Notes under the pieces: generated by a model
Database searches by the model: none
What the model saw: only the letters and a program-made list of their open reading frames with translations
What the model was told of the DNA's origin: nothing
Source: Bacillota bacterium
Lineage (GTDB): Bacteria; Bacillota; DSM-12270; Thermacetogeniales; Thermacetogeniaceae
NCBI GenBank assembly: GCA_013177945.1
Contig: JABLXW010000015.1
Location: forward strand, 31,395 to 55,394
Direction of reading: 5' to 3'
Length of the DNA: 24,000 nt
Program-made: the position numbers and the translations under genes
In this document: piece by piece, positions 15,744 to 22,975 of the stretch
Numbering within the stretch: position 1 is the stretch's first letter
How the letters are laid out: each line of letters begins with the position of its first letter

Positions 15744-16203
15744 TTCCCTTCTATTTAGACATTTCTCCGAACCCTTCTGATGTATACCCCAGGATGTCGT
15801 CCTGCGTCGCAGCCCCAATGCTTCTTGCATACTTTGGCAATGACGTTAAAGCAAAGGTGGAAAAGCTGCTTTCGATCTTGGGAGACAAACCGGTGCGGTT
15901 CCTGGAGTGCGTAGCCACCACCCATTATGCTTACCGTTCCTGCTCCCTGAGGAAAACAGGTCATTTGCTTCCCTTGAGAAAGTCGTCAGGGGGTCAGGCC
16001 CCATCTCAAGAAAGAAGAAGTCGCGGAGGCTTATGCTGTTCTGAAAAGCAGCGGCTTGCTGGAAAGTTGAACTTTTACGCTCGCGATTTCCCCCAATGGC
16101 CCCCACAGCTCCAGGGGGATGGGGCATGAGGTAAGTTTGGTCTTTGCCTGCTTTTCGCAAACAAGAGAACCGTCCCCTTGTTTGCTACGTCCCCTTGTTT
16201 GCC
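15733..16203 (+). repeat. Repeat family copy E: long composite (L arm + ~160-bp unique insert + long core + hairpin arms)
   Basis: The L arm 15733-15823 matches 14041-14130. The segment 15987-16203 matches 13154-13379. It ends with caaacaagagaaccgtccccttgtttgctacgtccccttgtttgcc. Confidence 0.8.
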
Positions 16204-16408
16204 ATTTTGCCCGGGGCATTCGCAGTTTTTGCCTTTGAAGATCTTGAGGGGGATTCCATTTTCAGTACCGGCCGGGAAGACAACCGGGAAGGCAAAAATT
16301 TGCGTGATTTTCGGCGGGGCAGTGATTTTACTTTTTAAGGAAGGGCGCTGGGAATAGCCGACTCCACTCCCTCACGGGCCCCCTGGATGACTCGAGGATC
16401 TTTAAACT

Positions 16409-16843
16409 TTGGGCTTTCAGCCGGAAGAAAAAGTAAAGGTGAAAGTGGAATTCATGCGCATGCTGGCCCGGATGAAGCTGGACCCGGCCCGGATGGAACT
16501 GTTGGCCGGCTTTTTCGAGACTTACTTGAAACTGAACCGCAAGGAAGAAGAACAATATAACCGGGAACTGGGTAAACTGGATAGCAAGGAGGTTGACGTA
16601 ATCATGCAGATTACTACTGGTTGGCATGAAAAAGGTCGTGCGGAAGGCAAAATCGAAGCCAAGCGGGAAGTTATATGCAAATACCTGTTCCGCAAGTTTG
16701 GGGATAAATCGTCTGACCTGCAACAAAAGGTCCAGCAGATAACCAGTCTGGAAGTGCTGGACTATGTCCTGGAGGAGCTTTTTGCCGCCAATACCATCGA
16801 AGAAGCCCGGGCCGTTGTCAATAACGGTGCAGGTGTCATTTAA
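16409..16843 (+). pseudogene. C-terminal fragment of an Rpn/YhgA-like (transposase_31) protein, DUF4351-type tail
   Basis: EFMRMLARMKLDPARMELLAGFFETYLKLNRKEEEQYNRELGKL...TTGWHEKGRAEGKIEAKREVICKYLFRKFG...LEVLDYVLEEL is the typical Rpn-family C-terminal region. The N-terminal PD-(D/E)xK half is absent, and in-frame stops lie just upstream of the TTG at 16409. Confidence 0.5.
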
Positions 16844-16872
16844 ATAGGCGGGATTAGCGAGAGATAATTTTT

Positions 16873-16935
16873 TTGGTCGAGGAAGCCCCGGAAGGTGGTT
16901 ACACAGCACGAGCCCTCGGCCACTCTATATTATTT
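16873..16935 (+). pseudogene. Possible HicB-like antitoxin N-terminal fragment
   Basis: LVEEAPEGGYTARALGHSI resembles the 'E..eGGY.A.al..sI.tqG' N-terminus of one HicB-like family. A TAA lies 4 codons upstream, and the similarity is lost after about 20 codons. Confidence 0.3.
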
Positions 16936-17280
16936 ATTTTTTACTCTCGTTTTAAGCAGCAAGGCCCCTCCCGAGCACCATGTCAGAACATTCCGCGTCG
17001 CCCCTTGGAGTTCAGCGCACCAACCCCCGTTTCGCTTGCCTGCCGATCGGTGCTGTGTTTTTAAAATCCCAGATTGCCTTGTTGATCGGGCAGGAAGTTC
17101 CGGCTTTTTGTCGAATTTCCTTTTTGTGGTTTTTCTTTACAGCGATGACGAATTAGTTCCTGAAGCTTGAGAGGTCATTGGGACTGAGTGGGATGCGCTT
17201 CAAGATCCCAGAGTTGGAATGATTTGCTTTCGGTGCCAAGATGAGAAAGGAAGATTATTGGAAAATTTCTGCAAATCAGC

Positions 17281-17310
17281 ACAAAAGGCAGGAAAATCCT
17301 GCCTTTTGTC
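17281..17310. terminator. Perfect 12-bp hairpin, bidirectional terminator-like
   Basis: ACAAAAGGCAGG-aaaat-CCTGCCTTTTGT. The A/T runs flank a GC core, so either strand yields a stem followed by U-rich sequence. Confidence 0.55.
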
Positions 17311-17414
17311 GAATCCTAAATTCTAAATCCTAAAACTATAAGACCTCAGGTCCAAATAAAAATTATCCTCCGTTTCAAGAGCCAAATTGTTTATCAAGGA
17401 GTCAAATCGTTTGA

Positions 17415-17843
17415 ATGAGAAAAAAGCATGTCACCGTCATAATTACTTCTCTTAGTTTGTCTGTGCTTCTTCTCATTCTTCTTTTGCATTACAATAGCTG
17501 GCTGGTCGGTGCCGTTAAGAGGCAGGCAGAAGACGTTCTGGTGAGCGTAATTACCACCATTTTAGTATCAGCTGGAAGCGGAGCGGTAATCTGGTTCCGC
17601 AAGTATTATAAGCAGCGCAGGAAACACCAGATACCGTACCACCGCGAATTCAGGATAGGCAGATGGACACCTTCCCGCGACGTTCCCTTTATTTTTGCCG
17701 ATGGAGTAGATCTCGATAAGCCCCGGCGCCTGTCACCGGCCGAGATTCACTGCGGGGAGGTCGAATCCCGTTTTAAATCCCTTCTGACTTATTGCCTTAC
17801 CGGGAGACGATCGTTGAAGCCTACAGCAGAGAGGGGTTTTTAA
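17415..17843 (+). CDS. Two-TM membrane protein (possibly the N-terminal part of a frameshifted TM-Nudix gene)
   Basis: There are two clear hydrophobic helices (VTVIITSLSLSVLLLILLLHY and VLVSVITTILVSAGSGAVIWF) followed by a basic RKYYKQRRKH stretch. An AT-rich upstream region precedes it. The 3' end overlaps the next ORF by 52 nt in another frame. Confidence 0.55.
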   Translation: MRKKHVTVIITSLSLSVLLLILLLHYNSWLVGAVKRQAEDVLVSVITTILVSAGSGAVIWFRKYYKQRRKHQIPYHREFRIGRWTPSRDVPFIFADGVDLDKPRRLSPAEIHCGEVESRFKSLLTYCLTGRRSLKPTAERGF

Positions 17844-18667
17844 GGCTTACCGATGGCCAGATCGTCAGACTGGAGTCATTTACTTTGGTGCGCCCTCGTG
17901 CTGACGAGCCGCCTGAATGGATTTTATCCTTCAGTCCGCTCTCATATTTTGACTTCATCTGCACAAACCTGGCCCTCACCCCTACATTTAAGCCCGTTGT
18001 TCTGCCTGCGCCTGTTTTAGATGCGCTTAACAAGCACCGGGCGAATGTCGAGCAAAAAATAACCTTTAGAGAAGTACTGGACTGTTCTTGCCTGGGCAAC
18101 GGGCTGACCCTGCACCTGAACGTGATCGACGCGGATAACAAGCTGCTCGTCGGGCGCCGTCCCAAAGACCTCCCGATTTACGGCGGGAAGCTGGTTACTT
18201 CTGTCACCGGCGCCGTGAGCTGGAACGACCGGAGGTGTGAAGGGGTGCCGCCGGATCCTTTCCTGGCTGCCGTAAGGGAGGCCCGTGAGGAAACGGGCAT
18301 CACATTGCTCAAACGCGATGTTTTCTTCTACGCTCTGGGAATGCAGGGAGACCAGCGGCATCCTCTGCTGTTAGGTGCGGTCAGGCTGGAAGACAGGCTG
18401 GAGAATGTTCTCAAAACCTGCCGGGATGCCTGGGAAAACGAGGTGTTTTATTACCTGGACCTGGACGATCTTGATACCTGCGCTGCGGTTCTCGTTTACG
18501 GCGACTGGATACCCGCCAGCGCCGTTGCCGTGGCCTTGTCCCTGCTGGACCAGCACGGCTATAAAAGCGTTGAGGATGCCTTCAACCGGGCCGAGCAGCG
18601 GAAGTACAAGGCGTGGCTTTCGAGGACGCCCTGGCACCGGCGGAAAAGATGGTCTTTGCTGGCTTAA
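17792..18667 (+). CDS. Nudix-fold hydrolase-like protein with a ~100-aa unknown N-terminal region
   Basis: LHLNVIDADNKLLVGRRPKDLPIYGGKLVTSVTGAV...PFLAAVREAREETGITL has a canonical second half of the Nudix box (REx2EExGI) and a non-canonical, lengthened first half. The only upstream start is TTG 17792, which has no RBS. Alternatives are TTG/GTG at 17885/17888 after GGAG. Confidence 0.7.
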   Translation: MPYRETIVEAYSREGFLRLTDGQIVRLESFTLVRPRADEPPEWILSFSPLSYFDFICTNLALTPTFKPVVLPAPVLDALNKHRANVEQKITFREVLDCSCLGNGLTLHLNVIDADNKLLVGRRPKDLPIYGGKLVTSVTGAVSWNDRRCEGVPPDPFLAAVREAREETGITLLKRDVFFYALGMQGDQRHPLLLGAVRLEDRLENVLKTCRDAWENEVFYYLDLDDLDTCAAVLVYGDWIPASAVAVALSLLDQHGYKSVEDAFNRAEQRKYKAWLSRTPWHRRKRWSLLA

Positions 18668-19081
18668 GCGAGGTTTTGCTTTAAATCAGGGACAGCGGCT
18701 ATGTTAAGAAAAAAGCAGGAAACATAGGGTCTCTGTTGAATATGTAATAATTGACAAATGAACCGTTAAAAAGAAGTTTTTTGGGACCTAGATATAGTGA
18801 AGTGATAGCTTTTCGAAATTCTTTTTTCCAATGCTGAAGGGTGGCATTAATGCCTATGACTAGATATTCCGATTATTATTTTTTTCGATATTTTATTCTG
18901 CCAGCTGTACAAATCAGTTTTAATTTTGAAGACGATCAAAGCGAACTGAAACCTAAAGATAGGATCAAAAGGGCCATTGATGTGCTGGAAGAAAAAAGGA
19001 AAATAACAGAAGTATTTAAAAACCGTAAGTATTTGCTCTATTTTTCAAAAGGGCGCAATGTTTGGGGGCACCTTCGCATTC

Positions 19082-19112
19082 TTCGCATTATAGATCAGGA
19101 AACTGGTATAAT
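19082..19112 (+). promoter_or_regulatory. Promoter inside the duplicated promoter/leader cassette (copy 2), driving hicBA
   Basis: The same cassette as 14306-14402 is present: gggcgcaatgtttggggg.accttcgcatt...gatcaggaaactggTATAATataactg...aataaga.ttcgtggagg. TATAAT is at 19107-19112. The spacer from TTCGCA is 19 nt here because of a 2-nt insertion. Confidence 0.5.
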
Positions 19113-19173
19113 ATAACTGGTATGAATGTAGATGAAAATAAGAGTTCGTGGAGGTAAGAGGAGCGTGAAAGAT

Positions 19174-19440
19174 ATGAAACAGCGCGTCGTCGTGCGGGTG
19201 GAAATCTTCCGCGAAGGTGATCTGTACGTGGGTCTCTGCCCAGACTTGGAAGTCTCAAGCTTTGGGGAGACGATCACCGAAGCGAAGGATTCTCTTCGAG
19301 AGGCTTTGGAGGCTTTCCTCGAGGAATGTGAAGCGATGGGGACCCTGGAGGAGGTTTTAGAGGAAGCGGGCTACCTCCGGCAGGATGGGACTTGGCTACC
19401 GCGTCAACCGGTCTCAGCTGAACTGGTCGCCCTCGGGTAA
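19174..19440 (+). CDS. hicB: HicB family antitoxin
   Basis: VVVRVEIFREGDLYVGLCPDLEVSSFGETITEAKDSLREALEAFLEE is the HicB/UPF0150 pattern. ATG 19174 follows GAGGAG. The ORF-track start at 19132 lies in the shared leader cassette. Confidence 0.85.
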   Translation: MKQRVVVRVEIFREGDLYVGLCPDLEVSSFGETITEAKDSLREALEAFLEECEAMGTLEEVLEEAGYLRQDGTWLPRQPVSAELVALG

Positions 19441-19448
19441 ACAGGGTT

Positions 19449-19688
19449 ATGGCTTCTCGTAAGATTACACCCATTCCCTATCAGAAGCTGGTAAAAATTT
19501 TCGAGCTAGACGGCTTTACCATCAAACGCCAAAAGGGGGACCACCTGATTTTGACGAAGCCAGGGGCGAAGCGACCGGTTGTGATTAAGAAAAGCCCACG
19601 TGAGGTGCCTGTAACCCACATCTTAACGAATTTAAAAACCGCAGGGATGAGTCGTGAGCGCTATTTGGAACTGCGGGCTCAGGTATAG
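19449..19688 (+). CDS. hicA: HicA family mRNA-interferase toxin
   Basis: ITPIPYQKLVKIFELDGFTIKRQKGDHLILTKPGAKRPVVIKK is the YcfA/HicA pattern (G-x-H motif). It lies 8 nt downstream of hicB. Confidence 0.9.
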   Translation: MASRKITPIPYQKLVKIFELDGFTIKRQKGDHLILTKPGAKRPVVIKKSPREVPVTHILTNLKTAGMSRERYLELRAQV

Positions 19689-19714
19689 TGCTGGAGCCGC
19701 GGGTTCCCGCGCCT

Positions 19715-19815
19715 GCCGAGACTTTGGCAACTTTCAAGACCCTTTTCAGGAGGTACTCTCCCGAGCGCGTCCTCTGGCGCTACGACCCGATTGTTTTGAG
19801 CAAGTTCACCCTGCC
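19715..19815 (+). pseudogene. Internal fragment of a DUF1848-family gene
   Basis: ETLATFKTLFRRYSPERVLWRYDPIVLSKFT matches the conserved '...PERViWRYDPIilt' block of DUF1848 proteins. About 33 codons are visible, with no N- or C-terminal remainder. Confidence 0.55.
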
Positions 19816-19915
19816 AGCGGGGGAACTGTGGTCACGGGGGACCCCGAGTTTAAAAAGGCGCAAGGGGTCGCGCCGGTTCACTGGCTCCCGGAAAAACCCA
19901 GATAACGCTAACCCC
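19816..19915 (+). pseudogene. vapC: 3'-terminal fragment of a second copy of the vapC at 10326-10745
   Basis: agcgggggaactgtggtcacgggggaccccgagtttaaaaaggc.....ggggtcgcgccggttcactggctcccggaaaaaccca.a.aacgctaa.ccc is near-identical to 10649-10750. It encodes GGTVVTGDPEFKKAQGVAPVHWLPEKPR*. Confidence 0.8.
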
Positions 19916-22196
19916 GATGTTGTCCTGGCCCGCCGGGGGGCGTGTTCTCTTTCAAAACATCCTTTAGAAATCTTCCTAACGCTTTCCTCCCTTCCCTGGC
20001 GGGTTTTGCAGATTCCATCTGATACTGTTCGATTTCCGGCCCATTTTCCGGGTTCCAATCAACAAAATTTAAAATGTGCATTTTCTTTCCCTGGGGCGGT
20101 ATGAGGAAATCCATTAACCTGTGGGTTAGTTCCTCATGGTGGCTCACGATAAACAGTTGGCGCCGCGGGCTGTCATCATCGCCGGTCCCATAAACGATTT
20201 GCCTTAACAGTGCAGCCTCCCGGGGTAGCTGTGCCATGTCGAAGGATGTCGTGGTATCATCCAGGGCAATGATCCCGTGACGCAAAAAACTGATATCCAG
20301 GGATATGTTCAGCCCCAGGAGCAGCGAAAGGGCAAGTTGAGACTGCTGCCCTGTAGAAAGTGAGGTTAAAGTGCGACCGTCTGCGGTTTTAAATTCCCAG
20401 ATTCCCTGTTGATTTCTTCCTTGTTTTCTTTGCGAGCTTTGGATTCTCACAGGGAGAATACCCCGAACCAGGCGAAACCTGTAGAGAATTTTGTTTATCA
20501 ATTCTGCAAGCTTTTGGGCTTCGCTATCCGGAACCTGACGGATGCTTTCTAGAACTGATTTCTCCGGTGTAATCTCCCTATTCAATGCATCCTTCAAAAT
20601 TCTAATTTGCTCTTTTGCCTTCCTGTATTGGCCCGACTTCTTCAGTTGTTCCTGGCGATTCAGGTCTCTTTTTTCAACGTCAATCCATTTGTCCAAAGCC
20701 TTTAGAATGTCATCGGCCAATTTAACAGGATGCGTTTCAGATTTTGATGTGGCATCGCGAAAAGCCTGACCGGCTTCGAGTTTCGCTCTCTGTCCGGCCC
20801 TTTCCTGCGCTTTTTTTAGAAGTTCCTGCGCGTCGGCAGAAGTATTTGCCATCTTCTTGATTTCTTCGAGTATATCAATGGTTGTCTTGCACTCAGAAAG
20901 CTCTCTTTCCTGTTTATTAACAGCTGTTGAAAGCCTGCTTCGCTCGTTTTCCACCTGTTCCTGCCAGCTTGCCAATATTTCATCGAGGTGCTTTCCATTA
21001 ACAGCAAGGGAAGTATAGGCTGTATTAAGCCAATTCATAACTTCCACAGGTGGACGCATATATTCATTATTGGAACCAACATCTAATTGTTGCCATTCGT
21101 GCCCGTGCTGGCGAAGTGATTGCATAATTTCCAGCAAACCGGGCCCTTCAGGACTCTTGAAATGATTCTCCACTTTTAACAGCAATTGAAGCCTTTCTTT
21201 GTTTTTGGCCAACTCTTTCCCCAACTCCAGGCAGTTATTCTTCAAAGCGTCAATTTGTTTCAATTTCAGTATATTCGTGGCGTCGGGAAGGCTGGCGATC
21301 AGGTGATTCAGCCGTTCCGCCGTATCGCTTTTTGGGAGGATATGCTTTATTTTGAGCTCATTGATGAGGGTTTGAAAGTATATCAAGGTGGATGTTATAT
21401 TCATGTCTTCGCTTGGTTTCTGCAGGCCCATATAATTGCTGAAGCTGAGAGTAAAATCGGCGAGCTTTTTTTGCCAGTCCTTTCTCAAGTCTCCCCCGGT
21501 CTTTAAGACGTCGATGACGGGAAGTTCCCGTGGTGCAATATTGAAATTTTCCACTACAAAGATGAGTTGCCGCCATAAATCTGTTACGCTGCGAGCAATT
21601 TCCTCCCTCTCTTTGTTTAATGCCGCCTCGCTTTCAACTCCGGTTATGACCAGCGTTCTCTCCTTTTGCTCTACTTGTTTTAGGGCCTCTTTAAGCGCGG
21701 AACGCGCTACTTCAACCTCCTCAGGTGGGGGCGCCAGAAAGTCCTTAAGGGTTGTTCCTCGTGTAAAATTATCAAAAGTCTCCTCAACCAGATCCTGATA
21801 GAAAAAACTTGCCTTTGCTGTAATTTCTCTTGCAGAAGGTGATCGATGCCAGATCGGGTCGCTGCATTCGGGGGAACCTTTTTTAGGAACAGTAACCGTC
21901 ACATTTTTTTCAGCACCACTTGTTTTTAAGATGGTTGCTTCTAACGTAGTCTTTTCAGGGAAGTACTTTATCTCTGGCAATTCAAAGATAACAGGTTCCC
22001 TGAGCGGGTGAAGGTGACCTGTAAGGAGCAGGCAGAGCGCATCGATCAAGCTGGTTTTACCGAATCCGTTGGGCCCGGTAATTAAAACAACATCTGCATC
22101 GGTGTTTAACGGTTTATTAAGCTTTTTTATCCCGCGAAAATCGCAGATGTTGATAGACTTAACTCTTAAAATACCTTCATTACTGGTGGTAAACAT
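19908..22196 (-). CDS. Coiled-coil ABC/SMC-type ATPase (RecF/RecN/SbcC-like head; LmuB/ABC-3C-like)
   Basis: The N-terminus is ILRVKSINICDFRGIKKL...VVLITGPNGFGKTSLIDAL (Walker A). A ~450-aa region rich in E/K/L/Q is predicted helical. The C-terminus carries LSTGQQSQLALSLLL (ABC signature), HGIIALDDTTTSFD (Walker B/D-loop, DD rather than DE) and LFIVSHHEE (H-loop). The RBS is AGGGGGG. Confidence 0.9.
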   Translation of the reverse strand: MFTTSNEGILRVKSINICDFRGIKKLNKPLNTDADVVLITGPNGFGKTSLIDALCLLLTGHLHPLREPVIFELPEIKYFPEKTTLEATILKTSGAEKNVTVTVPKKGSPECSDPIWHRSPSAREITAKASFFYQDLVEETFDNFTRGTTLKDFLAPPPEEVEVARSALKEALKQVEQKERTLVITGVESEAALNKEREEIARSVTDLWRQLIFVVENFNIAPRELPVIDVLKTGGDLRKDWQKKLADFTLSFSNYMGLQKPSEDMNITSTLIYFQTLINELKIKHILPKSDTAERLNHLIASLPDATNILKLKQIDALKNNCLELGKELAKNKERLQLLLKVENHFKSPEGPGLLEIMQSLRQHGHEWQQLDVGSNNEYMRPPVEVMNWLNTAYTSLAVNGKHLDEILASWQEQVENERSRLSTAVNKQERELSECKTTIDILEEIKKMANTSADAQELLKKAQERAGQRAKLEAGQAFRDATSKSETHPVKLADDILKALDKWIDVEKRDLNRQEQLKKSGQYRKAKEQIRILKDALNREITPEKSVLESIRQVPDSEAQKLAELINKILYRFRLVRGILPVRIQSSQRKQGRNQQGIWEFKTADGRTLTSLSTGQQSQLALSLLLGLNISLDISFLRHGIIALDDTTTSFDMAQLPREAALLRQIVYGTGDDDSPRRQLFIVSHHEELTHRLMDFLIPPQGKKMHILNFVDWNPENGPEIEQYQMESAKPAREGRKALGRFLKDVLKENTPPGGPGQHRG

Positions 22197-22246
22197 GTTC
22201 CCCCCTAACCCCCCTGTGTTAAAATACCCGTTCGTTTTTGCTATGT

Positions 22247-22975
22247 TTATTTCTCTCCGGCAATTCTGTCGATTTCTGAGAGCGATTCAGCAGTCCACTC
22301 TAATATTGCGTCTTTAATAGAGTTGCCGGTTTCCCAGGATTGGATTATTGTGTTCATTAACTCCCGGTGTTTGTCAGTTGATTTTTCAGACCTGTATGTG
22401 TCTTTCAACATTTTGAGATATACCTTTGATTCAAGTTGTTTTATTTTATCCGACTCTGTCCAGAGGGCGGTTGCGCCGGATAGCAGAGAGTAGATAACCT
22501 TTGTCTCATCACCGCTTGGAGCATAAAACAGGGAAAAATCGCCGCGATGCCAGTCCTGATCTGCCGCCCATAAGGTTACATCGTTTTCCAGGATCTCCTC
22601 ATCCATGCCTTCAACGGGAGAAATAACTCCTATTACCGGTACTATCACCCCTTGCTGCTCTGCATAGCCGCTTAGCAATCGCAGAATCCCGGCAATTGCT
22701 TCTTTAATTTCAGAAATGCTGTCATGAAGCTTCTGTGTTGCTAGTTTTACGGTAAAGTGCACGGCGAGTGCCACATCGGTAAGGTAAACCTCACTGACGG
22801 CCAGGAGTTTTTCATCTCTTTCTAGTAGTGAGGATACAAGCCTGTTTTTTGTGTTCTTATCAAGCTTAAGCCGCCAGTTGGCAATTGACTTTGGATCAAT
22901 TACGATATCCTCATACAAAGCGATCACCCTGCTATAAGATTTTCTTTGCCCGCCATCTAATCCCGCGGCGAGCAT
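22247..22975 (-). CDS. Hypothetical protein, 'middle' gene of the ATPase operon
   Basis: This ~242-aa ORF is AT-rich and has no motif I recognise. ATG 22975 (TTG 22984 in the ORF track) overlaps the upstream gene by 44-53 nt. A 50-nt gap separates it from the ATPase start. Confidence 0.7.
   Translation of the reverse strand: MLAAGLDGGQRKSYSRVIALYEDIVIDPKSIANWRLKLDKNTKNRLVSSLLERDEKLLAVSEVYLTDVALAVHFTVKLATQKLHDSISEIKEAIAGILRLLSGYAEQQGVIVPVIGVISPVEGMDEEILENDVTLWAADQDWHRGDFSLFYAPSGDETKVIYSLLSGATALWTESDKIKQLESKVYLKMLKDTYRSEKSTDKHRELMNTIIQSWETGNSIKDAILEWTAESLSEIDRIAGEK

Noticed and set aside
17765-17800. Programmed -1 frameshift site linking the 2TM and Nudix-like ORFs
   Set aside because: The only U/A-rich string (cgt ttt aaa tcc) is not a canonical X_XXY_YYZ heptamer in the zero frame, and it lies upstream of the point (17777) where the second frame opens. 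An indel or separate initiation is more likely, so I report it only as an open question.
18841-19116. 91-aa plus-strand ORF
   Set aside because: It lies in AT-rich intergenic DNA with no RBS. Its C-terminal third (GRNVWGHLRIL...QETGII) is the translation of the duplicated promoter/leader cassette, which also occurs upstream of an unrelated gene.
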